The notes beneath the pieces were generated by a model, which was not told where the DNA came from, made no database searches, and worked only from the letters and a program-made list of their open reading frames with translations. Below are positions 1-11,780 of a DNA stretch of 64,000 bases, one piece after another. The DNA is taken from assembly GCA_951406725.2 (NCBI GenBank), contig OX597819.1, positions 109,306,001 to 109,370,000 on the forward strand, given 5' to 3'. How positions within the stretch are numbered: position 1 is the stretch's first letter; each line of letters opens with the position of its first letter. A program made the translations under genes and the position numbers. This stretch comes from Octopus vulgaris (lineage: Eukaryota).

Positions 1-898
1 AACTGGCCCCAGTAACTGTTTTTTTAAAGCATAATCAGTCTCTTTTGCCAAACAAATCTACACTGGTTGTCAAATCGTGGTGGAAGGGGACACACACACA
101 CATGCAAGAGTGTCAGAACAAACTGAAAGGAGATAAAAATCAGAATACTGAAAGCTTGAAAAGACTGAATACTGAATGTTTCTTGCGTGTGTGTTGCTCT
201 GAATGTGATGGCTAGTTGTAAATTATTATTCTCAATTATTTTGGAAAACGGGAGACTTAATTTGGTGCTCTATGTCTGATTAAGGAGTTGCATTAGCCAA
301 TAATGAGATTAGAGTTGTCCGAGTTGTGATAGAATATTTCTATAATGTCATCTGCAGATGAGTCTATGTATGTTGTGTGTGGGTCGTATAACGTTAAGTT
401 AGTACCTATTTTGCTAATTCCTGGAAGGATGAACAGCGAAGTGTATTTGATTATCGCTCTGTCAGTTCTACAATCCTATTAGTAACGACTTTATATGGAG
501 GCTATAGATTTTGGGGAGGATTGTAGCTGATTTAATTGATCGCCAATACATAACCATTTTAGAGACTATTCAAAGAATCAATGCCAGGCTGGCTGTATTT
601 CAACTTATAATGTAAAGGGAGATAACTGAATGCAAGCAATGTTTTCCTCTACTCAGTCACCTCTGCCATCTACACTTTCTTTCAATTGTTTCAGTCATTA
701 AACTGAGGCCAGCGAAATTTTTCCCCCCACGAGAGTTCCAGATCCCAGTACGAATCAGAACTCAACTATCAAACTAATTTATGAGCGCTTTACAAGTGAT
801 GGGCGATAAGATAAGGTCACTTGGATTAGGACAGACCATGCTTCTTTCCTCTTTTTAATAATGCTTGTTGTTCTTGTTTCAACCATGGCTGCCTCTGC

Positions 899-1257
899 GT
901 AAGTATTTGTGTTGCTTTTTACTTTGTAAAACTGGGGAGAGGGTTGCTAGCACATTACTCTCTACCCACATTTTCCCATCCACATCTTTACCATATGGGG
1001 CCCTAACAAAATCCGATAGGTATAGAAGCAAATCTATCTAATTACTTGTCTCCTAAAATAAGGCATAACTTGGCGATCGGTCGACTTACAACACCGAAGA
1101 ACGGTATTGTAAGTCGACCGATCGCCAAGTTATCCCTTATTTTAGGAGACAAGGAATTAGGTTTGCTGGTAAAGATGTGGATGGGAAATGAGGGTGATGT
1201 GCGAGCAACCCTCTCCCCTTACTGCTTTACAAAGTAAACAACAACACAACTACTTAC
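899..1257. repeat. Long imperfect inverted repeat with a near-perfect inner hairpin (about 1038-1096 pairing with 1102-1160, loop AAGAA)
   Basis: cttgtctcctaaaataagg..tcgacttacaacaccg / cggtattgtaagtcga..ccttattttaggagacaag. Outer arms share ggggagagggttgct and cccatccacatctttacca. Confidence 0.9.
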
Positions 1258-1362
1258 CGATAGTAGATTGGTTGTTTTTAACACGTTCACGAATGTTATG
1301 TTGGGCTTTGTGTCTAGGCATAATCTGAGAGCTGAACGGATCTGATCGTTCGTTATCTGCAT
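1258..1362 (-). CDS. Putative first coding exon of an unidentified gene running off the left edge (MQITNDQIRSALRLCLDTKPNITFVNVLKTTNLLS)
   Basis: gccATG context at 1362, 35 open codons, TCG|GTAAGT donor at 1257. No homology recognised, and it lies inside a rearranged inverted-repeat region. Confidence 0.25.
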
Positions 1363-2157
1363 GGCTGTCTCTGCGTAGTTGTTTGTGTTCAACAAGGTCA
1401 AGGTGATCTCTGATAGACTGTATGCAAATGGGTTCATTACTGGGGTCTGGAACTCTTGTAAGAAAAAACAAAATTCGCGGACCGCCAAAAAGATGTTTTA
1501 AGTTATCAGTGCAAGGGAGGTAAATATAGTTTTATTATTTCCCCTTCTTCACCATTATTTAAGTTCACATAAAAAACGAAAGGAAAGATAGATGTCAAGT
1601 TCTTAAAAGGTACTCATTTTATTGACTTCAAGAAAGGATGAAAGCACCACTTGTGAAATTTGAAGTGAATGTCCTGAAATGTCAAAGGTGCTATTGTGCC
1701 TACCATTCTGTCAATTATGTTTAAGGGGTTTCATTTCCACTTGGCACAAAGATTTACATTTTCAGGTAGGAAAAATTGAAATATAACATATCTATTAACA
1801 CATACATCTGTATATATAAAGTCAAGGTAGAAAATGCTAAAATAATTTTATAAAAACATTTCAGTACCAGTTGCAGTCATTTAGACTTTTTCAACTGTAA
1901 GTATGGAAAACAATAAAATTTTGGAAAAATTCAAAAAGTTTTTAAAAGAATATTTGCATAGTGTTCAAATACAAGTGGCATTTTCCTTGTTTCTGCCTGT
2001 TTCTGTCTCTTGTTTACTCGTTCCTTTTCAACCTTCTACACACACACACACACACACACAAGAGAGAGAGAGAGAGAGAATTTTTGAAGCAGAAATTCTC
2101 TTCATTATTCGTACAACATACATTTAAGTGGAAGGGTTAGGGTTGATTAAATTAGCT

Positions 2158-2431
2158 CAGTGGTTCTCAACCAGGGCCCATGCAAGTAAGGTAGTAAATT
2201 GAAGATCCACAATATTTTAGGGGGTCAATGAAAAAAAATTTTCCATTAGATATATTTATTGCAAGTGCAATTTCAAGCCTACACAAATGAATGGATAAAA
2301 ATCAAAATAGAAATTTTGAAAGATGTATCTATAAAATTAGTTTTTAAACACCAAATGGGTATGGGAGGGGTCCACAAGAATAAAATAGTAATCAAAGGAG
2401 TCGATAGGTAAAATATGGTTGAGAACTACTG
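2158..2431. mobile_element. hAT (Charlie/MER5-like) MITE
   Basis: TIRs CAGTGGTTCTCAACC / GGTTGAGAACTACTG and an 8-bp TSD AATTAGCT (2150-2157, 2432-2439). Confidence 0.85.
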
Positions 2432-3445
2432 AATTAGCTGGTATTTATTTTATCAACACTTGGTGGATAAGACAGCTAAATCTAATTTGGAGGAATTTAA
2501 ATTCAGAATGTAAAAGATATATAACCAAGTGGCATTGTTTCTGCCCCTTCTTCACCCTCAAGCATTATTAAAATATAAAAGGGAATGACCAATTAATTTA
2601 TTAATGTCTAAAAGCTGACCCTCAATAAAGAGGATTATTTCAATTCAAATGCTAAGTTAAAATGAAATTGTCAAAAGACTAAAAAACGAGTTGTCTCAAT
2701 CAGTGATAGATGATCAGATCTGTCTGTGGTTGGTAAAGTTTTCTTCATCCTGGGAGCTGTTATATCGAGAACCTGTTGAAAATAAATTGTATGACTGTTA
2801 AGAGTGATTATATGCATTCATTTGTTTTATGTGTTTTTTTTAATGGTCAGACTTTGAGGTATTGTTTTGTGATCCTTTCTGCTGCTAACCTTAACCTTTA
2901 TTTCTAATAAAGGATCTTTTATCTCACACATTGAAAGTGCAATGTCAGCAGAGGATACATTGATAGGGGAAATAACAATGCCACTGCTTGTAGTTCAGCA
3001 ATTATTGGAGAAACACAAATATAAACGATTACATACACACACGCACATTTTTTCAGTTTCTATTCACCAAATTTACTCACAGGGCTTTGGTTGCCTCAGT
3101 GCTGTAGTAGAAGACATTTGCTCAATGCCACAGTGGGACTGAACTCAAGACCATATAATTTGAAGCAAGCTCCTCAACCACACAGGCACAAGTGTGGCTG
3201 GCTGCAGAGGTAATAATGTAAATTTTAAATAAGGTTTAATGGCAAAGAAGCACTGGAAAGTATTTTTTTCAAGCTGTTACAACTGACGTGTTTCAACACA
3301 CCATGTCAGGAATCTGTACCCAATTGGCTTTGGGGAGAAAAAAAAAAAATTATCAATATTCTCTGAAAGATGTGATAATTTTCATGGATACTGTATTTTT
3401 GTTAATAACATGGTTTTTTTTTTTTGTTCGGTTATATTTAAGGTA

Positions 3446-3641
3446 TTACTCTTTTACTTGTTTCAGTCATTTGACTGTGGCCATGCTGGAGCACAGCCTT
3501 TAGTCGAGCAAATCAACCCCAGGACTTATTCTTTGTAAGCCTAGTACTTATTCTATCGGCCTTTTTTGCAGAACTGCTACGTTACAGTGACATAAACACA
3601 CAAGCATCGGTTGTCAAGCGATGTTGGGGGGACAAACACAA

Positions 3642-3686
<45 letters not shown>

Positions 3687-4435
3687 ATGCTAAATGATGA
3701 TGATGATGATATGTATATATATCATCATCATCATCATCGTCGTTTAACGTCCGTTCTCCATGCTAGCATGGGTTGGACTCTTCGACCGGGGATCTGGGAA
3801 GCCAGAAGGCTGGACCAGGCTCCAGTCTTATCTGGCAATGTTTCTACAGCTGGATGCCCTTCCTAACGCCAACCACTCCGTGAGTGTAGTGGGTGCTTTT
3901 TACGTGCCACCCGCACAGGTGCCAGGCGAGGCTGGCAACGGCCACGGTCGGATTGGTGCAATTTACGTGCCACCGGCACGGAAGCCAGTCGAGGCGGCGC
4001 TGGCATCGGCCACGATTCGGATAGTGCTTTTTATGTACCACCAGTCCAGGGGTCCTGGCATCTGCCGGGTGCCAGTCATAGGATTGGTTCAATTTTGATT
4101 TCGATTTCACTTGCCCCAACATGTCTTCGCAAGCAAGGGGGTTGGCATGGGTGCCTGTCGTCGGATGAGGTTCGATATCGACTTTGCTTACCTCAACAGG
4201 TCTTTGTGTCCAAGGGAGGAAAGGCATGCATAAGTGGGCTGGGCTTACTTGTCATATATCATCATCATCATCATCATCATCGTTCAGCGTCCGCTTTCCA
4301 TGCTAGCATGGGTTGGACGGTTCTACTGGGGTCTGTGAAGCCAGAAGGCTTCATACACATACATACGATGGGACTGAACCCGGAACCATGTGGTTGGTAA
4401 ACAAGCTACTTACCACACAACCACTCCTATGCCTA
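3446..4435 (-). mobile_element. tRNA-derived SINE family A copy, interrupted at about 3700-4350 by (GAT)n-tailed element(s)
   Basis: Tail ttttacttgtttcagtcatttgactgtggccatgctggagcac and head gggactgaacccggaaccatgtggttggtaa match the copy at 15937-16321. Confidence 0.75.
3720..4250 (-). mobile_element. Non-autonomous (GAT)n-tailed retroelement with RTE-type 3' end and internal GC-rich repeats
   Basis: catcatcatcgtttaacgtccg..ccatgctagcatgggttggac..ggatgcccttcctaacgccaacc. Same family at 14030-14240, 36435-36615, 39485-39660, 41205-41590, 45665-46081. Confidence 0.7.
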
Positions 4436-4459
4436 TATTATATATTTTTGTTTAATATT

Positions 4460-5997
4460 TTACTTATTTCAGTACTGTGATCATGCTGGGGTACAGCCTT
4501 GAAGGGTTTACTATAACAAATCAACTTGGGAATTATTATTGATCAGATACTTATTCTGTCAGGCCTCTTTTTGCCCAACCACTAAATTATGGGGCCTTAA
4601 ACAACCAACATCAGTTGTCATACAGTGGGGGACAAACATGAACACACACATATACATACATACGTGCATGTATGCACACATACACAGTGGGCTTCAACAC
4701 AGAATTGTCTGCAAAATCCATCCACTCTTAATGCATTGGTTGACCCAGGGCTTTAGTAGAAGAAACTAGTTCAAGGTGCTGCACAATGGGATTGAACCCC
4801 AAACCACTTGGTTGCAAAGTGAGCTTTTTAACTACACGGCCATGCCTAGTTACAATTTGAAGCAATTCAGGATATATCTTAATTTTACTTACATTTCATT
4901 AAGTGTGGCTGTGTAGGTGCACCCCAACCACATTATTTCAGACTCACTGTTTGGCCCCCTGGGCAAGTGTCTTCTGCTATAACCTTGGGTCAACTAAAGA
5001 CTTGTGGGAAGATTTGGAAGATGGAAAATAAAGGGGGAGCATTGTACCAGAGTATGTGTTTGTCCCCCACCATTGCTTGGCAGTTGGTGTTGTGTGTTTA
5101 TGTCCCTGAAACAAAGTATCAGACTTAAGTTTTTAAAAAAATAAGTTCAGGGTTTGACATGTTTGACTAAATTCTAGAAGGTGGTGCCCCAGTATGACCA
5201 CAGTCTAAAAGATAACTGCTATAACAGAAAATACTATAGAGGATGTTTCTGCTGTGACAATCCAGTCAGTTTATCACAACACACACACACACTTTGTATA
5301 TATGAAGGGGTACTGAAAATTTCTTGGCTTTAAGGGTATCACGAAAGGCCTGGCTGGAGACCCAGCCTTCCAAGTTCTTTTACAGGGCTTAGAAAAACTG
5401 AAGGACTGCTGCAATGTGTGCGTAAATCTGAGAGGGGAATATGTTGTATAAAATCATAATTAACTGATCCTCCTGTACTTTCTTTTACCCAAAGCCAGGA
5501 ACTCTTCAGTACTCTGTCACACACAAAGTACGTAGCTGTAGAAACAGGAACTAAACATAGTCTTTTTATTTGGCTTTTTATTTTATTTTCGTATCACTTT
5601 GATGTGTTGCTAAAACAGCATAAAATTGCAAAATGTTTATATTTTTAGGTTTCATCTTTGACTGGTCTCGGTCATTAGACAGCAGCCTTGCTGGGGCATT
5701 GCCTTGAAAGGGTTTTAGTCAAACACATTGACCCCAATACATTTTGCTTTTTATAACTTTGTTTCTTTGAACTGCTAAGTCACATGGACAAACATTAGTT
5801 GCCAAGTGGTGAGGGAGGGGGATAAATGGACACGGACACACAGGGCATCCACACAGTTTCCATCAAGATTTGTTCACAAGGCTTTGGTCAGCCTGGGGAT
5901 ATGGTAGAAGACACTTGTCCAAGGTACAGTGAAGTGGGACTGAACCCAAAAGAACGTGGTGGGAAAGCAGGCTTCTTAACCACACAGCCATGCCTGT
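4460..5997. mobile_element. Cluster of older SINE family A copies (4460-4846 -, 4903-5210 +, 5660-5997 -) plus a mariner-like MITE at about 5301-5520
   Basis: Diverged matches to family A head and tail. MITE TIRs gaaggggtactgaaaatttcttggcttt / aaagccaggaactcttcagtactc. Confidence 0.6.
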
Positions 5998-6034
5998 ACA
6001 TATATAGTTAATATTTTTTTGTTAATAATGACAA

Positions 6035-6768
6035 CTAGCAGTATAGTCCGGCATTGCTTGGGTTTGTTTTTTAGTTGCGCTTAAAACAGCAGATTTTGAT
6101 GTCGCGTTAACAAAGTTTTGACATAGTTTCCATCTTTTTTGAAAAGTAAAAATTTTGCATTATGTAGCTTGTTATTCTCTTTTTGTGAATATTTTTCTGG
6201 TTGAAATGCACCAAAAAATAGCAACACAGCAGTCAAAAAATCGTAAAAAATAGGGATTTTCATAGAAAAAAAGCACCTTTTTGATATAAATAATTTTTGG
6301 TCTTAACATGGTCTGATTTGAATTTTTCTTCTACGGAATGAAGAGCAAGCCTTCTTCTATCATACTCTCAACTTTGGTCAACTTGCACTGCAGGGTCTCA
6401 GTGGAGATAGTGTTAGTTGAAGGCTACCAAACCTTCCACACACACACAGAGACAACTTCAGCTTTATATATATGGGAAACTACCACCTGTGTCATCTCTT
6501 GTGAAAGGTAGGAGAGTCCAGTTTGCTGGACATTGTTGTAGAGCTGAAAAAGAGATAATTTCTACTCTTCTCCTCTGGAAGCCATCTACTCACAATACCA
6601 GAGGGCGCACACTCTCCTACCCTGATGTAATCTCCAGGGATACAGGCATCCGGCAACAGGACCTCCGTAATGCCATGATGGACCGTGAAGTCTGGCGTAG
6701 CATGGTAAATTCCATTGTCTCGACCACGGTCGAACAATGATGATGATGATCAGCTTTATATGTATAGA
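6035..6768 (-). mobile_element. Non-autonomous Helitron, interrupted by an RTE fragment
   Basis: Minus strand begins a|TCTATAC.. and ends ..gcaatgccggactatactgCTAG|t (A/T insertion site, subterminal GC-rich segment). Confidence 0.7.
6470..6749 (+). mobile_element. 5'-truncated RTE-clade LINE, ORF2 C-terminus with (TGA)n tail
   Basis: RRVQFAGHCCRA..LLLWKP..DLRNAMMDREVWRSMV*, then tgatgatgat; 12-bp TSD TCAGCTTTATAT (6458-6469, 6750-6761). Confidence 0.85.
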
Positions 6769-7654
6769 TTTTCTTTTTCTGTTTTCAACTGAAAATCTAA
6801 TCATTCATCAAAACGCACACACACAAAACCAACGTAATTTACCTTCGTTCATGTATTTCTGGTTGATTGCCCAAGTCTTGTGTTTCAGCATAGGTTCTTG
6901 CCTGGTTCCCAGGAGAGCTCATCACTGACATAGACTCAAAGACTTTCAGATTTTGCTCTGAGAATTCTCCAGGAAATGATGTTGAAAAATGAGGATTTTC
7001 CAAAACGTCTTTACCTGGAAGAAAATTAATTACAACTTGTTGAAGCCAAGAAAGAGACATTTTGGTTATTTAAAGATGAAATAAAAAAATTTTGTTGCTT
7101 GATTCCAAGTCAGCCTGATTCAACAAACCTATGATCAAAAGATGTCCAAACTGTAAGTGTCATCTTTTTATTCAGACATTGTATATCTAGATCTGCCTTG
7201 TATAAGGAGCACTTTCTAATAGTAGATGATAAAGATGTAATTGGAAGGGGATCTGGTTGCTATTTCTAGCAGGTTGAATGACCATATAGAAGTTGGCTTG
7301 TAGTTATTGTCTGATGTGTGTAGGTGTCTTGTTATTCTCTCCAATGTGTGTATGAATGTCTGAATGTTGATAGAATGCATGTGAATGAATGGACATAAGT
7401 ATGTGTGCAAGGTTTTATGTGTCTGCGTATCAGTATGAGTATATATATGCACATGTATATGAGCATACATGAGTGTACGTGTGTGAGTGCATGTGAATGT
7501 GTGTAGGTGTGCACATGATGAATGCATGTGTACATGTGATCATATACACATGGCATATATATGTGAGAATGCACATGTGTGTGAGTATGTATTTGTGTGT
7601 AAGTGAATGTGTCACTGTGAGTATGGTATGTGCCTACATTCACATTTGAGAGAA

Positions 7655-8070
7655 GTTAAGTTAAGTTAATTAAGTTTTTGGCTCAAAAAGCAAGGCCATG
7701 TAGGGGGACATGGAGTTATGTACAGGGAGGGTGTTCATGCAAAGAGTTCAGGCCATTTCTGGTCAAGAGAGACTTTGAACCGAGCGGTCGTCGGCATCTT
7801 CACTATCTCGTCCAGCAGCTTATTCCACGGATCCGCAACCCGGACGGAGAAAGCCCCTCTCCTTCGATTGAGATGAAATCGTCACAGATAGAGCTTTTCG
7901 GAGTGACTCCGCAGCCGACGCTCTGAAGCAGGAGTGAAGAACAGCTCTTTCAAGAGGTTAGACTTTCCGCTTATGATGTGAGCAAGAATGAGATCATTAC
8001 AGCATTGTTGTTTTTCTAGAGAATAAAGGTCAAGCGTCTTCAGCCTTTCTTCATAAGACAAATGCTTGAG
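7655..8070 (-). mobile_element. CR1-type LINE 3' fragment
   Basis: Minus-strand translation LKHLSYEERLKTLDLYSLE..RRGAFSVRVADPWNKL..FKVSLDQKW and a (TTAAC)n tail. Confidence 0.8.
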
Positions 8071-8639
8071 AAGTAATTACAGAAGAACTGCTACACAGTT
8101 GCCATCACTGATTTCCCAAAGACAGAGGCTTGAAATTGTTACTACTGAGGAAAATGTATAGGAAAGAATGGTTACTCCTAGGAAACCCGACAGAGGGTTC
8201 AATCTTGGAAGTTGACAGCTGTATAGATGAAAGCATAGTTAAGGATATCCTGGTAGGAACAGGAGCTGGAGTCTCAGGGGTAACTAATGGAGTAGGTCAT
8301 TTGCTGGTTAGTTAGAAATACAGGGAGTTGTCATACCCATGACAAATGTAGCTGTATCGTCAACTAGGACTAGGGCCATGTTAACATTATAGGCCCTCTG
8401 GCAAATGAATGCATTGGGCCTTATTTTATTTACTGACAGCAAACTTTAGTATTTATAGATCAGGATTGGGCCCCTAGACCCATGTGGCGTTGGGCAAATC
8501 ACCCAGTATCTCTGTGCCTTATGATGGTACTGACAGGTATACAAGCAAAGGAGGTGCACTAAAGGCAGCTACAGATATCAAATTAGGTTATGGAAGCTAC
8601 TGAAAGAGTTATAGGGAAACTGATCTGGAAGAAAAGCTT

Positions 8640-9500
8640 CTAACTCTTAGCACTCATCGACTCAGTGAAGGCCTTTGATAGGATTCCATGCTCTGTAGTC
8701 TGGTGGTTAGGAAGAAAACTAGGAGATGAAAGTTTATGAGAGCCATGTAAGCCATGTACAATAGTGCTGTCAGCAAGGTGAGAACTAGAAATGAGTTCAG
8801 CACAGATTTTGTTTATAGTTTAGTGTTCGTGAGGGCTCAGTCTCCTGTTGATGTTAATCCTCCAGGCCATTACAAACAAGATTAAGACTGGCTGACCATA
8901 TGAACCTTTCTCTGTAAGTGATTTAGTTACTTGGATTGTAAGTGAAGAGTTGATGGGTCCATCAAGTAAATATAGAAGTTTTAATGATGGGAGTGCAAGG
9001 ACTGGTTCTAAGGATAATTGTTCAAATTGTTTCAGATCTGCCAAAGGTCTCGAGAAAATAATTTCAAATTTTGAGAGCAAAACCCAGAATTGAGTGGCCT
9101 CAAAGTAAACCTAATAAAGACGGAAGTTTTAGTGAGCATGAAAAAGAAGTGGGTACGAATGCCAAGAAGATGGACTTTGTATGTGGCATATGTACAGGAA
9201 AAGTTACCAAGATGTGAGAAATTCTTTCAAATGTTCAGATGATTCCTTAAGAATAGCTGATAGTTTTTGTTACTGAGGTGACCTAATTACCAGATGTTGC
9301 TGGGTGATCTAAAAGTACTGTTGCACGAATAAAAATGTATCTTGGATTATGGCAATAAGTTTGCCTTACTGAGGGGAGAATAGACTGTATAATGTTTGTG
9401 AATGGAGTAGAATGCTGCATTGTAGAGAGATGCTGTTCCTGAATGTGGAACATTGGTGAAGACTGGGAAGAAATATGGGTGTGCAATACTAATGTGTATG
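8640..9500 (+). mobile_element. Degenerate RTE-like LINE RT remnant
   Basis: D..KAFDRIP..VVW and AMYNSAVSKVR-like fragments with stops and frameshifts. Confidence 0.5.
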
Positions 9501-9519
9501 AATGGTGGAGTACAAGTAA

Positions 9520-9765
9520 CTGAGGGAAAAACTGATTTAAGAGGAATCAGAAATACTGAGAGAGAGAGAGAGCTGAAGGAAAAATGGATTTAAGAGGAAT
9601 CGAAAATACTGAGAGGGAGAGATGAGGGGAAAATGGATTTAAGAGGAAAATCAGAAATACTGAGAGAGAGAGATGAGAGAAAAATGGATTTAAGAGGAAT
9701 CGGAAATACTGAGAGAGAGAGTGGAGGGAAAAATGGATCTAAGAGGAATCGGAAATACTGAGAGT
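9520..9765. repeat. Tandem repeat, roughly 55-60 bp unit, about 4 copies
   Basis: Repeated gaaaaatggatttaagaggaatcggaaatactgagagagaga. Confidence 0.85.
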
Positions 9766-9969
9766 TCAATGGTATGGGCATGATGTCAATTATGTAAAGA
9801 AGGGTCAAGTTCTTGAGTTGACAGGATCTGTGGAAGAGGTAGACTGAGGAAGATGACATTGGTACAGGCAGATGTAATGTATAAGAAGGATGTCAGCTGA
9901 ATACAAAGGTTAACAAATAAAAATATAAATAATAAAAACCAAGTAATTTTAAAATTGATGTGAAAGCAT

Positions 9970-10178
9970 TTAACCTGTGCATATGGCTGTTATATGTTTG
10001 GCACTCATCTCTGGTACTGGAGTTTCAATTATTTTATCAAAGTCTTTAAAATTGACACACCAACGCTTAATTGACTCATGAAATTGAAGAATTTGCTGGA
10101 AACGGTAACCCCAAAAGATTTCATTTTGGCAGTATGATGTTCTGGCTTGACACAGTTCTCCTGTTGTCTCAATAAAAC
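9970..10178 (-). CDS. Kir channel B, exon 3 (last coding exon)
   Basis: ctgctag| acceptor, phase 1. (G)FIETTGELCQARTSYCQNEIFWGYRF..VNFKDFD matches the Kir C-terminal RTSY / EI.WG.RF motifs. TAA at 9970-9972. Confidence 0.9.
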
Positions 10179-10609
10179 CTAGCAGAAAATACAAATGAGA
10201 GAGGAAGAAATAAGACACTGGGTACTTTACTGCTTAAAATATTTTTTTCAGAATTCAAAATCACATACAGATACACAATTTTTGTTCAACAAGGATTGAG
10301 TTTGATCAACTGGATTAACATGTAAGTGGCTGAGTATTCCACAGACAGGTGTAAACTTAATGAAATTATCACACAGAATCAACTTGACAGTCTGTGACAA
10401 GGCTACACTTTTTGAATCACCTGATGAGTTTCTATACAGTTTCTGCCTACCTAGTTTCACTTACAAGTTATGGGTTGTCTTGAGGCCATAGAAAATGACA
10501 TTTGTCCTAAATGCCATGCAATGGGATTGAACTCAAACTCAAATATGAAGTAAACTTTTTAACCATTTGGCCATACTGCACATATGAACACATACACATG
10601 TGAATGTAT

Positions 10610-11780
10610 AAATGTTGCCTGAAAGTAATGCAGAAGTGGGCAGAACTTTAACAGGCATAGGTTGTTCAAATTGCACATAATGGTATTGTAATTCTTCCAC
10701 TATACGATAGTACTGTTCAACAGTCTCCAACCATAAGCAATGCATTTGTACCATCATTGATCTCAACCTTTAATTCTATTTGAAAAACTTCAGGTATGCA
10801 CTGCTGTGCATACTTCTTCAAAGTCATTTTCATGTCTGTGTAATCAGATCATTGCCTCTGAAGACTGTCCTTCATTGAACTGAATAGGTGAAAGTTCAGA
10901 GGATACCAGATCTAAGTTGTGTAGTGGATGGAGGACCCCTGACCAAACTAATTTGCTGATTGCTTGATTTACTACTAAAGATGTCACATACTGTCCTAGT
11001 GAATGTGGATCATTTTCTGTCTTGTTTGGTCTCTTCCTCCCTATGGCTTCTCCAAGTTCTTTGAGTGATTTCTGTATACTATTCACTGTTCACAGTACAG
11101 TTATGTTTCAGAAAAATCGAGGAGAATGATACCCTTACTATGTCCCCAGAACTTTCTGTGCCAATTGCTACTCTTGAACATTTTAGGATTTGGAGAAAAG
11201 ATGTGATACAATTGTATGGCTTGAGCGTTGATTTAAAATACACCTGCATTTCACCCATCTAAAGAAGAAGAAAAAAAATCCTTGACTGCAAATGCTTCCA
11301 GCAGATTCAAACAGACTTTCTCCTGTGTCCTTCAAATTTGGTGACATCTGATAAGGTACTCTCTTTGCACACATTTCTTGATACCCATAGCCTTCTGCCA
11401 TCTTCTGCAATGCATTGTGACCACAGTCCTGTCATGCAGTAAACTCACAGATTTCGAGTCATTTGTGCAAATCAATTCATCCCCTCACAGGTGATTTGTA
11501 TAAGTAGAAGCACTTGATGATCTCCTGCATGACTTGGTTTTAAATATTGTTTTTTTCCCATTTTTAAAGCTTTATGTCCATCTGTGTACATTACTTTCGT
11601 CAATGGTGTCAATTCTGTGAACACTAGCTTTGTGTGGATGCCGGACAGCCTAGTTCTCTATCAATGGCAACAGTCATTTAGCAATCCAATGCCAAATAAA
11701 ATATAACACACATGAAAGAAATTAACATATGGCTATTGGCATACTACCTAATGGTAAAATATTTGGCCACAACAACAAAT
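10610..11780 (-). mobile_element. Degenerate mariner/Tc1 transposon
   Basis: GYQEMCAKRVPYQM (cf. WVPxxL) and AIGRKRP..VLHPLHNLDLVSSE (cf. HPPYSPDLAPSD), with many disruptions. Confidence 0.65.

Noticed and set aside
885-898. ATG mini-exon spliced to the Kir A acceptor at 27172
   Set aside because: The phase-2 join is out of frame with Kir A and hits TAA before its ATG
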